Assembly (NCBI GenBank): GCA_043798915.1 | Contig: JAZDOG010000089.1 | Span: forward strand, 1 to 64,000 | DNA: 64,000 nt | DNA from: Pseudomonadota bacterium | GTDB taxonomy: Bacteria; UBA10199; 2-02-FULL-44-16; JAAZCA01 | Reading direction: 5' to 3' | In this document: one piece after another, positions 29,070-37,738 of the stretch | Position numbering within the stretch: position 1 is the first letter of the stretch | How the letters are laid out: every line of letters begins with the position of its first letter | Translations under genes and position numbers: made by a program | Notes under the pieces: model-generated | The model's database searches: none | Seen by the model: only the letters and a program-made list of their open reading frames with translations | Told to the model about the DNA's origin: nothing

Positions 29070-29816
29070 CTAGGCGCTGCCGCTTTCAGAATCGCCCTCT
29101 GCCGCTTCGATGACGTATATCAACCGCTGGCAGCTGGGACAGGCCCTCAGCTCCTCGCGCCTCAGCATCTCGTTGAAGAGCTGCGGCGGGATCCTCGTCG
29201 AGCAGCCCTGGCAGATGCCGCCAATCACCCCTGCTGACGCCTGCGCGTAGCGCTGTCTCACGAACTCGTATTTGCGTATGGTCACCTTGTCTATTCGCGC
29301 GGCGAGATCGGGCCTGCGCGACTTGTCCGATTCCATCTTCTCGTGAATCTTCGCCTCCTCCGCTTTCACCTCTTCCAGCTTTGTCCGCCAGACACCCTCC
29401 TTATCGGCAGTCTCCGCGCGAAGTTGCGTGATATTTTTAGTGAGGGTCTCAATTTTTTCCATCGCCTGGAGGATGCGGTCTTCCCTCTCCCGGTTCTGGC
29501 GCTTGCTCTCAGCTACCTCCTTGAGGGCCGCCTGGTATTCCTTGTTAGTTTTTATAGCATAAAGCTTGGCCTCGCGGGTGCGGAGGTGGTCGACCGAGGC
29601 GGCGAGTTCGGCCTCATCGTCGCGCCTGGCCTTCTCCACGGCCGCCAGCTCCGCCTCGGCGGCCTCAAGCTCCCCCTTGACGGCGGTATAGGCCGATTCG
29701 ACCTCTTTCAGCTGCCCCGGGAGGGCATCCAAAGAGGCCTGCAGACTGTGGAGATTTAAATCGATTTCCTGTAGTTCACGGATCAGTGCGAGTTGCTCTT
29801 GAAATGCCACGGTCAT
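29070..29816 (-). CDS. coiled-coil / C4 zinc-ribbon protein (CT398-like)
   Basis: LQEID, KTNKEYQA, long coiled coil, CQGC...CPSCQRLIY. Confidence 0.9.
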   Translation of the reverse strand: MTVAFQEQLALIRELQEIDLNLHSLQASLDALPGQLKEVESAYTAVKGELEAAEAELAAVEKARRDDEAELAASVDHLRTREAKLYAIKTNKEYQAALKEVAESKRQNREREDRILQAMEKIETLTKNITQLRAETADKEGVWRTKLEEVKAEEAKIHEKMESDKSRRPDLAARIDKVTIRKYEFVRQRYAQASAGVIGGICQGCSTRIPPQLFNEMLRREELRACPSCQRLIYVIEAAEGDSESGSA

Positions 29817-29954
29817 TGAAGCTCCAATGGGCGAAAATAAGGTTAGAATTTTTACGACCTTCGCCCATCCTTGTCAACTTATTAAATCTATTGATCTTCT
29901 TGCGCCCAGCGTGCTAGAAAACCCCGTTCTTTTTGAACGGCATTATCTGAAGAA

Positions 29955-30028
29955 GGGCCCTTAGCTCAGCTGGTCAGAGCCTCCGGCTCATAACCGGGGG
30001 GTCCCCCGTTCGAATCGGGGAGGGCCCA
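29955..30028 (+). tRNA. tRNA with CAT anticodon, most likely tRNA-Ile2 (lysidine-modified); CCA not encoded
   Basis: gggccct/agggccc acceptor stem, TAGCTCAGCTGG D-arm, ccggCTCATAAccgg anticodon arm, GTTCGAAT T-loop. Paired G1 and no GGG/CCC anticodon stem, so not an initiator tRNA. Confidence 0.93.
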
Positions 30029-30034
30029 CAAAAG

Positions 30035-30070
30035 GAAAGGGGTAGGCATCACGCCTACCCCTTTCATTTT
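30035..30070 (+). terminator. intrinsic terminator after the tRNA
   Basis: gaaaggggtaggc-atcac-gcctacccctttc-atttt, 13-bp stem. Confidence 0.8.
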
Positions 30071-30235
30071 GTGTGCCTTTCAAGTTCGAACGGGGGACCA
30101 CCCATCCGTCCCCCGTTCGTACGTCGCTGTTGAGCTGCGGTTGCGGTTTATACAAACGCAGCGATTACAGCGGTGGATCCCCGGAGTGACAAGTGTGCTT
30201 GCTCTGTGACCGGTGTTTCATCACCGGCCCAATAT

Positions 30236-31594
30236 CTATTTAATCCGTTTCCAAAAGGTATATACCGGGATGCCTGTAGCGATGATCCCGAGGCCGACGA
30301 GAGAGTTCCAAAAAGACATGATGAACGAATTTATGATCAGAAAAACCGCCGATGCGATAAACAACACAGGTGTCCACGGATATCCCCATGTCCTGTAGGG
30401 CCTGACGATGTCGGGCCTTTTCTTTCTGAGTATTATTACTCCGCCTACCGTAAGCGCCATGAATATCCAGAAGCCGAAGATAACATATGTGAAGAGCTGC
30501 TCGAATGTGCCGCTGACGCACAGAATACATCCCCAGAGCGCGACGGCCACGATCGCCACATGCGGGGTCTTATACTTTGGATGAATTCTTGCGAGCCGGC
30601 TGAAAAAATGGCCATCCTTTGCCATCGCGTAGAGGACGCGCGGGGATGTCATAATGTGGCCATTGCACGTTCCGGTGATCGATGTCAGAATGATCAGCGC
30701 TACGATCGACGCACCGATCGGGCCGATGGCCGCTTCTACCGCATCGGCGGCGATACGGCTCGATTCCGCCATCGCCAATGAGGGGAAGACGTACAAATAG
30801 GCGAGATTCGCCAGTATGTATAAAAATGTAACGGCGACCGTCCCGATGAATATGCCGAGTGGAAGTTTGCGCTGCGGGTTCTCTATCTCTCCAGAGCAAT
30901 AGGTGCTCGTCTCCCACCCCTTGTACGACCAGAGAACCGCAATAAGCGCGACCCCGAAATTTCCGAGAAGCCCGCCTGTGCTGCCCGTGAAATGAGATGG
31001 GGAAATGAAGTTGTTCGCATTTCCGTCCGCGAAGATGAAAATGACGGCGCATACGCCGATGAGGGCCACAAACTTGATGCTCGTCAGAAAGTTCATCAAA
31101 AACGCGCCCTTTTTCACGCCGAAATAATTGACCGTTGCGAGGGAAAGTATCAGCGCGATTGAAACGACCTTTGACTGAAAGCTCGAGATGTTGACGAAGT
31201 AGGGAAGATATTTCGTCGAAAATCCCACGGCGAGGGCCGCTACGGTCCCGGATTCTATCACAAGGAAGATCGTCCAGCCGAACAGGAACGCGACCAACCC
31301 GCCGTACGCCTCGCGAAGATAGACATAAATACCACCCGCCTGCGTGTACGCGGCCCCCAATTCAGCTATGGCAAGCGCCCCAAAGAAGCTCAATATGCCG
31401 CCCGTTGCCCAGGCTGCCATCATCAGCATCGGGCTCTCCAGGTTTTTTGCGACCGCTGATGGGTTGATGAAGATGCCGGATCCTATCATGGCTCCGACGA
31501 CGATCCCCATTATGCTGAACAGGCCCAAAACCCGCGGGAACTCGTTGGAGGTGTCTGCCTGTTTTTCTTCTGCCCGTGGACTGTCACCGTTCAT
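30236..31594 (-). CDS. APC-family amino acid permease
   Basis: GAMIGSGIF, AELG..GGIYVYLREAYG, SYKGWE, RVLYAMAKDG, RPYRTWGYP. Start (ATG 31594 or upstream GTG 31633) uncertain. Confidence 0.9.
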   Translation of the reverse strand: MNGDSPRAEEKQADTSNEFPRVLGLFSIMGIVVGAMIGSGIFINPSAVAKNLESPMLMMAAWATGGILSFFGALAIAELGAAYTQAGGIYVYLREAYGGLVAFLFGWTIFLVIESGTVAALAVGFSTKYLPYFVNISSFQSKVVSIALILSLATVNYFGVKKGAFLMNFLTSIKFVALIGVCAVIFIFADGNANNFISPSHFTGSTGGLLGNFGVALIAVLWSYKGWETSTYCSGEIENPQRKLPLGIFIGTVAVTFLYILANLAYLYVFPSLAMAESSRIAADAVEAAIGPIGASIVALIILTSITGTCNGHIMTSPRVLYAMAKDGHFFSRLARIHPKYKTPHVAIVAVALWGCILCVSGTFEQLFTYVIFGFWIFMALTVGGVIILRKKRPDIVRPYRTWGYPWTPVLFIASAVFLIINSFIMSFWNSLVGLGIIATGIPVYTFWKRIK

Positions 31595-31823
31595 GCTCGT
31601 CCCTTTCCGTATGCCATCTAAACCATCGATCACGCAGCTCAGCCAGTTAAATCACCGAAAATCAGAGACATTGCAAGATCATCCATAGCTCATCCATAGC
31701 TCATCAATTCAACAGCATTATTACTATATTGTTTCGTTACCAGTGGTTCGTTATCAGTGGTTTCAGTGGTTCGATTGAATGGATTCCGTTATTACGGCTC
31801 GACGACGCTCGCCCGCCAGCGTC

Positions 31824-32391
31824 TTATTTCTTCTTCCGGGAGAACAACCGAACGATCAGCCAAATAATTCCGCAAATAAAATAGTAGCCGATCAAAACGA
31901 ATCCTAAGAATATGTTTGCCCTCGGCCGCATGATATAAAGATCGCTCCACCGAAAGATAAGGTCCTTTGTTTTTCCCGAAAAAAGGTCATAGGTTTTTTC
32001 AACAACATTTCCTTCAGAAAAATCGAGAAGAAAACTTTGTTTATATTCATGTCTCCCCCAAACAATAATTTCCCGCTCGGGGTCACTGTCGGCTTGAATG
32101 GCTTTAACAAATCCGCCGCCATACATATCCAAATCAACCCAGAAATCATAAGCATGGATTAATTTTCCATCGCTTTGAGACACTTTAACGTTATAGTGGA
32201 TTATCTCGACTTCGGGTTTTGTTTTCTCTACGCGAACAACATACCTGTCTTTTCCGGTTCCCCAAACCAAGCCGTCTGCTTCCTTCATTTTCTGACTGAT
32301 CTGCCATTGCTGGAAACCCGAAACCATCATAGCAAGAAGAAACAACGCTACAGGCGCCAAAAGAAAAAAAAATTTTGAGTACTCGCTTCAT
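31824..32391 (-). CDS. hypothetical membrane protein, frameshifted in a T9 run near the 5' end
   Basis: SD AGGAGG plus ATG at 32391 is out of frame by 1 nt with ORF 31824-32360; hydrophobic helices at both termini. Confidence 0.6.
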
Positions 32392-32425
32392 AAAGAAACC
32401 TCCTACATCAATCAGTGAAAGCAAT

Positions 32426-32690
32426 TCAGGTGGATCTGACGGGGCGGCTCTCGTCGATCGCCGTAGCAGATACACCCTTCCCCCGCGCCACCCTGACCCT
32501 CCTCTGAATCTCGGAGGAGTTGAACCCTGCATATCGCCGGATATTCTGGTAGCGGTCAGGTATATAGATCGTCAGCTTGGCCAGAAACTCCACCGGCGGC
32601 AACGTCAGGATGCCTCTCCTTGACCTGTAGGTGACCATATCACCATCGAAGAAGATCCGGCCCAGCGAAACAGCCGGTTTGAAGGTGCCC
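32426..32690 (-). pseudogene. C-terminal remnant of an IS91-family (Y2) transposase
   Basis: PAVSLGRI..VTYR..LTLPPVEFLAKLTIYIPDRYQNIRRYAGF. Confidence 0.6.
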
Positions 32691-32834
32691 GCCACTGAAC
32701 CGTCGGCGGGCAGGCAGGCTAGCCTCGTTCCCAACAGCTCGAAGCGGACCCCCAACAGACATATACATCCTTATCATTTTGACATAGTTCCTTAAATTTC
32801 TGACTTTTTTTTGAGTCCCTGTGGTGGTTGCCGG

Positions 32835-34289
32835 TCATGGCGTGCTCGTTGTCCGCACCGGTGCAGTTGTTGTTGTCTCTGAAACCTGACTCTTGCGGGT
32901 CACATCAAAAGAGGTCTTCATGCGGGTGGTTGCAGATGATGTCCCTCCTTGGGGAGTGGTGATCGTAGTTATAGACGTATTGGAATGGGTTCCTCTGAGG
33001 CGTCCGCCCGTAAGTTCAAGATCGACCGAGCAATTGACGGTGGTTTTCATATTGGGAGTTTGTGGTACGCCTGCTGGTGGCGGTCCATCCCAATCAATAC
33101 GGACATGGTTGTCGTTACGCATGGTTTGTTCCGCGGGATTGCAAAAAAAGCCGGTGGGGGAAGAAGAGGTCATCTTGATGCCACTCTCACCATTGGGTAC
33201 GATGGAGATGGTGATGGGGAATGATTTGCCTTGTTGCATGGCGTCTACTTCGGGATAGGCGGTCTTAAATTCGAGTATGGTTCCTTTCCCTTCCCAGCGA
33301 CCGATGAGATCGTCTACCTTGTCTGGAGCCGCGGGCTTGCCGTCTCCCGTTAGTATTTGCTCCCCATTGTTTTCCGCCGGCGCTCCGGCCACAGTCACGG
33401 TGACGCTGTCGGCGATATTATCGCGCGTCGCCCTCACCACAAAACTCTGGCCCGGTTTCAATCCTTTAGCCGAGCCGGTGGGGCCATTCTCCCAGCGTGT
33501 GCCAGGATCATTCGTAAGATCAAACTCTTTTAAGCCACCGCCGCTATAAGCGAAAATGCCCAGCGCCGTGCAACTGACTGTTCCGTCCGGTGGGACCGGG
33601 TTGGGTGTGCATTTGACCGTAAAACCGGTTGGTGAACTCGATGGGGCCAGTTCCTGCTGTTGCTGCGGTCTTGCGGTTGGTGACTTCGATGGAGCCAGTT
33701 GCTGCCTTGCAGCTGTCAGCTGACTCTCAAAATCAGCGCAGGCTTCGGTCGTGGACGCAAGGATTCGCACCAGCTGTTGGCAGGCTTCAGACCCACTCAC
33801 ACAGTGTTTGTAATCCTTTTCTTGCTTGGCGATTTCTGCGACCCAGAGCTTCTTCTCACGCTCAAAATAAAACTCTGCGCTTTGTTCACGGTTTTTTCTA
33901 TAGGTTATGTCGTTTAACAATCGATCTGCAACTGGATCGGTTGACCTCATATCAAAAAGACTTTTACCTTTGCCTTTGGATTTTTCATAGGCAACAGCCT
34001 CTTCAGAGGCCTTAAAATATCTATTTGATGCATCCATTACCTCTGTATGTGCCTTTAGATATTTTATTGGGGGTTCCGTGCGAATCAGTTCAAGGTTTTT
34101 CTTGATGGCGCTGCAAGCCTGGTCGTTTTGCTTGCAATCCCTCTGAATCCGCTCATTCTGCGTCCGCAATGAACTCTTACATTTATTGAGGCTGACCTCG
34201 ATTTCATTAACCGTCGCCCCGGATGCCGGGGCAACTATTCCAAAAACAAACACAAGAACAACCAGCAGTCTGCTTGTTGATGTAATCAT
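32835..34289 (-). CDS. secreted hypothetical protein (coiled coil, Ig-like segment, beta-rich C-terminus)
   Basis: Signal peptide, SD AGGAGG, lower GC than the backbone. Confidence 0.7.
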   Translation of the reverse strand: MITSTSRLLVVLVFVFGIVAPASGATVNEIEVSLNKCKSSLRTQNERIQRDCKQNDQACSAIKKNLELIRTEPPIKYLKAHTEVMDASNRYFKASEEAVAYEKSKGKGKSLFDMRSTDPVADRLLNDITYRKNREQSAEFYFEREKKLWVAEIAKQEKDYKHCVSGSEACQQLVRILASTTEACADFESQLTAARQQLAPSKSPTARPQQQQELAPSSSPTGFTVKCTPNPVPPDGTVSCTALGIFAYSGGGLKEFDLTNDPGTRWENGPTGSAKGLKPGQSFVVRATRDNIADSVTVTVAGAPAENNGEQILTGDGKPAAPDKVDDLIGRWEGKGTILEFKTAYPEVDAMQQGKSFPITISIVPNGESGIKMTSSSPTGFFCNPAEQTMRNDNHVRIDWDGPPPAGVPQTPNMKTTVNCSVDLELTGGRLRGTHSNTSITTITTPQGGTSSATTRMKTSFDVTRKSQVSETTTTAPVRTTSTP

Positions 34290-34572
34290 TTTTTTACCTC
34301 CTAAATAATAGGAAATAATGGGGTCAGCCCGTGGACAGCAAATGTTCCTTATAGGCTCTGGCTTTTTCGGCTATTTGGAATTCAGATGCCCTATACTGAC
34401 ACATAATGCAACCCGTCAGACGCACCAAACAAACATCTGCAATAACATGCACCCAAACAATTAGCGCGCTTGCTCCGTTTGATAATCTCCAGAGGGGTCA
34501 GCACTCCGTCTGCCTTGCCCCTCTCTTTTACACTGTACACATTATATCATTTTATGATATTATACCAGCATC

Positions 34573-35184
34573 GTGAAATACAACATCATTTCAATCGCTG
34601 CAAAGATCGAAAAGCACAAAAAGGGTATGGCGGGGGTATACTCCTATGCCGACCTTTGCAATTTAATCGGCCTTGGCTCCCCTCTTGCGACCGCGCGCAT
34701 AATAAAGCGGCTTGTGCGGGATGGGCTATTGTTCGGGGTTCAGAAGGGAATTTACACGACCGCCGAATTCGACACTCTCCGATTGGCAGGGCGCATCAAT
34801 CCGGAGTGCTATATTTCAATGGATACAGTTCTGGCGCGGGAGGGGCTAGTGGGTACCGTGCCGAAGTATTCTTTTTCAGCCGTTCAGCGCCAGCGCTCGA
34901 GAATAGTTGAGACCCAAGCTGGAACCGTCAGGTTCTATTCCCTTGCGGAAGAACTTTTCTTCGGATTCATGCCGGACAAAAACGGCGTCCGGATCGCCGA
35001 TCCGGAAAAGGCTTTTTTGGACACGCTTTACTTCTACACAAGAGGCAACAAGTTCGTGTTCGATCCGCTGAAGGAAATAGCCGTTCGGAAGCTGGATCAG
35101 AAGAAGATCAACCGCTATCTCAAGAGATACCGCAATCCGAAGTTTGTGAAATTTACAAGGAGGGTAATCGGTGAAAACATCTGA
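34573..35184 (+). CDS. AbiEi-type antitoxin (type IV TA)
   Basis: HTH-like N-terminus, KGIY, YISMDTVLAREGL, IADPEKAFLDTLY. Palindrome atatcattttatgatat at 34544-34560 upstream. Confidence 0.8.
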   Translation: MKYNIISIAAKIEKHKKGMAGVYSYADLCNLIGLGSPLATARIIKRLVRDGLLFGVQKGIYTTAEFDTLRLAGRINPECYISMDTVLAREGLVGTVPKYSFSAVQRQRSRIVETQAGTVRFYSLAEELFFGFMPDKNGVRIADPEKAFLDTLYFYTRGNKFVFDPLKEIAVRKLDQKKINRYLKRYRNPKFVKFTRRVIGENI

Positions 35185-35908
35185 AGAACTCCTCGTAAGG
35201 ATCATTCATTTTTTAGCCGAGCGCTATAAGACCGGCCTGGCCCTTGAGGGAGGAATGCTGTTGCGCCTGCTCAATTGCCCGCGTTCCACGCAGGATGTGG
35301 ACTATATTCTCCTGTCATCCGAATCCAAAAAAATACTGGCTAAACATATCAAAGGTGTCCTGGGCCGGATGAGGGGCATCAAAATAGATTCTGTAAACCT
35401 CAATTCACGCGGTATCTTTATCGATGTGAGCACAGCCGATGACAGCCAAATCAAGGCGAAGATCGAAATCGATGTGCGACCGGCGCTGAATTTGCCGATT
35501 GAAAGCCTTTCCACCTCAACCCTTGCCGGCCGTTATTCTCTGGGCGGCCGGATAGTTTCAACTATTGCGATGGCCGAGGCCTTCGCCAACAAAATCGCCG
35601 CAGCCCTGGAAAGGGATTCGGTCCGCGACCTGTATGACTTAAGCCAGTTTGAACCCCTCTGCATCTATGATGAGGCCACGTTGGAAAGGCGGCTGGAGAA
35701 TCTATCCGTCGATCGAAAGAAACCAGCAGGGATATCTCTCGAAAAGGCTGCGGAGCTCCTTCGAATCAAGGGCGCCAGACTTACGGAAAAGGTGTTGATG
35801 AGGGAGTTGTATCCGCTCCTGCCCGTAGAACAGAGAAAGGGAACGCTCCTTCTCATCAAATCCTCGCTTGGCAGGTTGGCCTCCAGGTTGATAGGATCTA
35901 AATATTAA
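35171..35908 (+). CDS. AbiEii-type nucleotidyltransferase toxin
   Basis: LEGGMLL..RSTQDVD, KIEID, ANKIAAALER..RDLYDL. Confidence 0.85.
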   Translation: MKTSEELLVRIIHFLAERYKTGLALEGGMLLRLLNCPRSTQDVDYILLSSESKKILAKHIKGVLGRMRGIKIDSVNLNSRGIFIDVSTADDSQIKAKIEIDVRPALNLPIESLSTSTLAGRYSLGGRIVSTIAMAEAFANKIAAALERDSVRDLYDLSQFEPLCIYDEATLERRLENLSVDRKKPAGISLEKAAELLRIKGARLTEKVLMRELYPLLPVEQRKGTLLLIKSSLGRLASRLIGSKY

Positions 35909-35917
35909 GAGGAACAT

Positions 35918-36538
35918 ATGAATAAAAACAATTTCATGACTACGCTGCTATCGACAGTCCTTGTGATCATCGCAGCAATTGCATTCAAGCCATCCCTTTC
36001 CCTTGGATCGGACAAAAAGCCTAAATTCGTGGAATATGTGTCCACCGAAAATTACTTCAAATGCCGCATCCCTGAGGACTGGAGCAAATCCGAGCAGGTC
36101 TTCGGCTTGTGTGAGGAGGAAAAAAGAGTATATGGCGTTACCCTCCTCGGTCCGCCAAATGAAAACCAGGTCTCCACGTCGATCTCCATTCACTATTACG
36201 CCCCGGGAAATATTGTGCACAAAACGATGGATAAGTTTATCAAGCTGCACGCCAAACCTGTCTTTGGCGTCGCAGAGGAGGGGCAGTCTTTCAGCAAGGT
36301 CCGGCAGGTCAGAATTGCTGGAAGAAAAGCGATGGCATTCGATAGAATCGATATCCGGTTCCTCGGGCATGAGGAAATAAATCCGAAGAAAGTGTCAGTC
36401 TATGAAAGATTTGTCGTCGTCCCGGCCATGGATGATATGGGGTTTTATGTCCTTATATTGTCTGTCCCTGAAGAGATAAAAGATAAATATAAAGAGACAT
36501 TCGAGAAGACCGTAAAATCATTCCTGCCGGAGAAGTAA
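35918..36538 (+). CDS. exported hypothetical protein (PsbP-like fold possible)
   Basis: Signal peptide; FKCRIPEDW...FEKTVKSF pattern; SD GAGG 9 nt after the toxin stop. Confidence 0.6.
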   Translation: MNKNNFMTTLLSTVLVIIAAIAFKPSLSLGSDKKPKFVEYVSTENYFKCRIPEDWSKSEQVFGLCEEEKRVYGVTLLGPPNENQVSTSISIHYYAPGNIVHKTMDKFIKLHAKPVFGVAEEGQSFSKVRQVRIAGRKAMAFDRIDIRFLGHEEINPKKVSVYERFVVVPAMDDMGFYVLILSVPEEIKDKYKETFEKTVKSFLPEK

Positions 36539-36542
36539 GCTT

Positions 36543-37670
36543 CTATCGCTTTTTAAATAAACCCTTTATCCCCTTCTCGATCTTGAAAGGAATGGCCTTG
36601 GCGGGCACCGGGGCAAGCTCCTTCAACTTGCCAAGCGCCATCTCAGGCGCTGCGGCAACCGAACGGCGCGTCAATTCATCGAAGAAACCCTTTGAGACCG
36701 CAGTGGAGACCGAAAAGTCGCCGGACGAAAGATCGCCGTTTACGGATGTATCGACGCCGATCGGACCGGATTGCGACAGGACAAATTTGTTCAGGACGTC
36801 GCCCTTGATCCCGCCGCCCACTTTAAGGCCGGAAATGGTCGCATGGTACGTGGATATAAGCCTGTCCTTTTGCGCGCGAGCGCGGCTTGTCACGGCTATC
36901 GAACCGCCCATGACAGGGAGCGACACCGAACCGGCATAGAACGAAGCGAATGTCGTGATCGGCGTGCTGGCAAGCCCCCCTGTCAGGTCAAAGGAGATTC
37001 CGTCGCCGAACACATCCGCGCTGCCGGCCACCGAAATGACGCCTCCCGCCTTGCCTGCATTCGCTTTGAGTTTAAACGATGTCGGCAGCTCATCTGCCCT
37101 CGCTGCAGCCTTGATATTTTCGACCGAAATATCGACATTTTCAAGATCGAGATGCGAGCCTTTCACCTGATCACGATAGGCAACCGCGCCATGCTCTATC
37201 TCTATTTTATCGACGGTGATGGGCCAGGATTTGGATTTGCTTTTCTTGTCGACGCCACTCTCTTCAACCTTTTTCTTGCTTCCGTCGCCCAGCGAGAGCA
37301 CGTCCCAATTTGAACTCTTTATCCCGGTTATCACGTATGAAATGGAGGGCCCCTTCAACGTAATCTTTCGCGCGTGCAAGGCGCCCCGCAAAAGGTCAAG
37401 CGGTGCAACTCTTATGGTGAGTTCATCGGCGGAAGTGAGAAGTGATTTTTCATCCTCGTGCCCAGCAGGATAAATCCTGATGCGTTCCAGTTTTAACTCG
37501 GCCCGGGCCAGAGAAGCTTCATAACCGCCGATATCAAGGGCCAGGCCCGCAATGTTATGCCGCCGCTCTTCGATCATCTTTTTTGCGGCGCCGGCACACC
37601 AGACACCGATGGCGATAAAAACAGCAACCACCCCGACAACTATCACCGCCACAACGATCAATTTTTTCAT
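36543..37670 (-). CDS. AsmA/DUF748-like protein
   Basis: N-terminal membrane anchor, ITLKGP, SNWDVL, repeated beta-strand pattern. Confidence 0.7.
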   Translation of the reverse strand: MKKLIVVAVIVVGVVAVFIAIGVWCAGAAKKMIEERRHNIAGLALDIGGYEASLARAELKLERIRIYPAGHEDEKSLLTSADELTIRVAPLDLLRGALHARKITLKGPSISYVITGIKSSNWDVLSLGDGSKKKVEESGVDKKSKSKSWPITVDKIEIEHGAVAYRDQVKGSHLDLENVDISVENIKAAARADELPTSFKLKANAGKAGGVISVAGSADVFGDGISFDLTGGLASTPITTFASFYAGSVSLPVMGGSIAVTSRARAQKDRLISTYHATISGLKVGGGIKGDVLNKFVLSQSGPIGVDTSVNGDLSSGDFSVSTAVSKGFFDELTRRSVAAAPEMALGKLKELAPVPAKAIPFKIEKGIKGLFKKR

Positions 37671-37738
37671 AGCATCCCCCGGCTTCTGGAAAGTCGGCAT
37701 TTTGTTGGATTTTATGAATTTTTGGAACTGTCGAATAT

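Noticed and set aside
29955..30028. Calling the CAT tRNA an initiator tRNA-fMet
   Set aside because: The 1:72 pair is Watson-Crick and the three consecutive G-C anticodon-stem pairs are absent; elongator Met cannot be fully excluded.
31680..31775. Short tandem repeats (atccatagctc twice; cagtggtt three times) as a CRISPR array
   Set aside because: Units are too short, there are no spacers and no cas genes; probably slippage or decay.
32690..32760. attC-like site or integron
   Set aside because: No matching RYYYAAC...GTTRRRY pair with inner boxes, and no intI gene.
34320..34400. Possible c-di-GMP-I riboswitch upstream of the secreted protein (aaagccagagcc...cgggctgacc)
   Set aside because: The GGCAAA and GNRA-loop P2 elements are not recognisable; an Infernal search with the c-di-GMP-I model would be needed.
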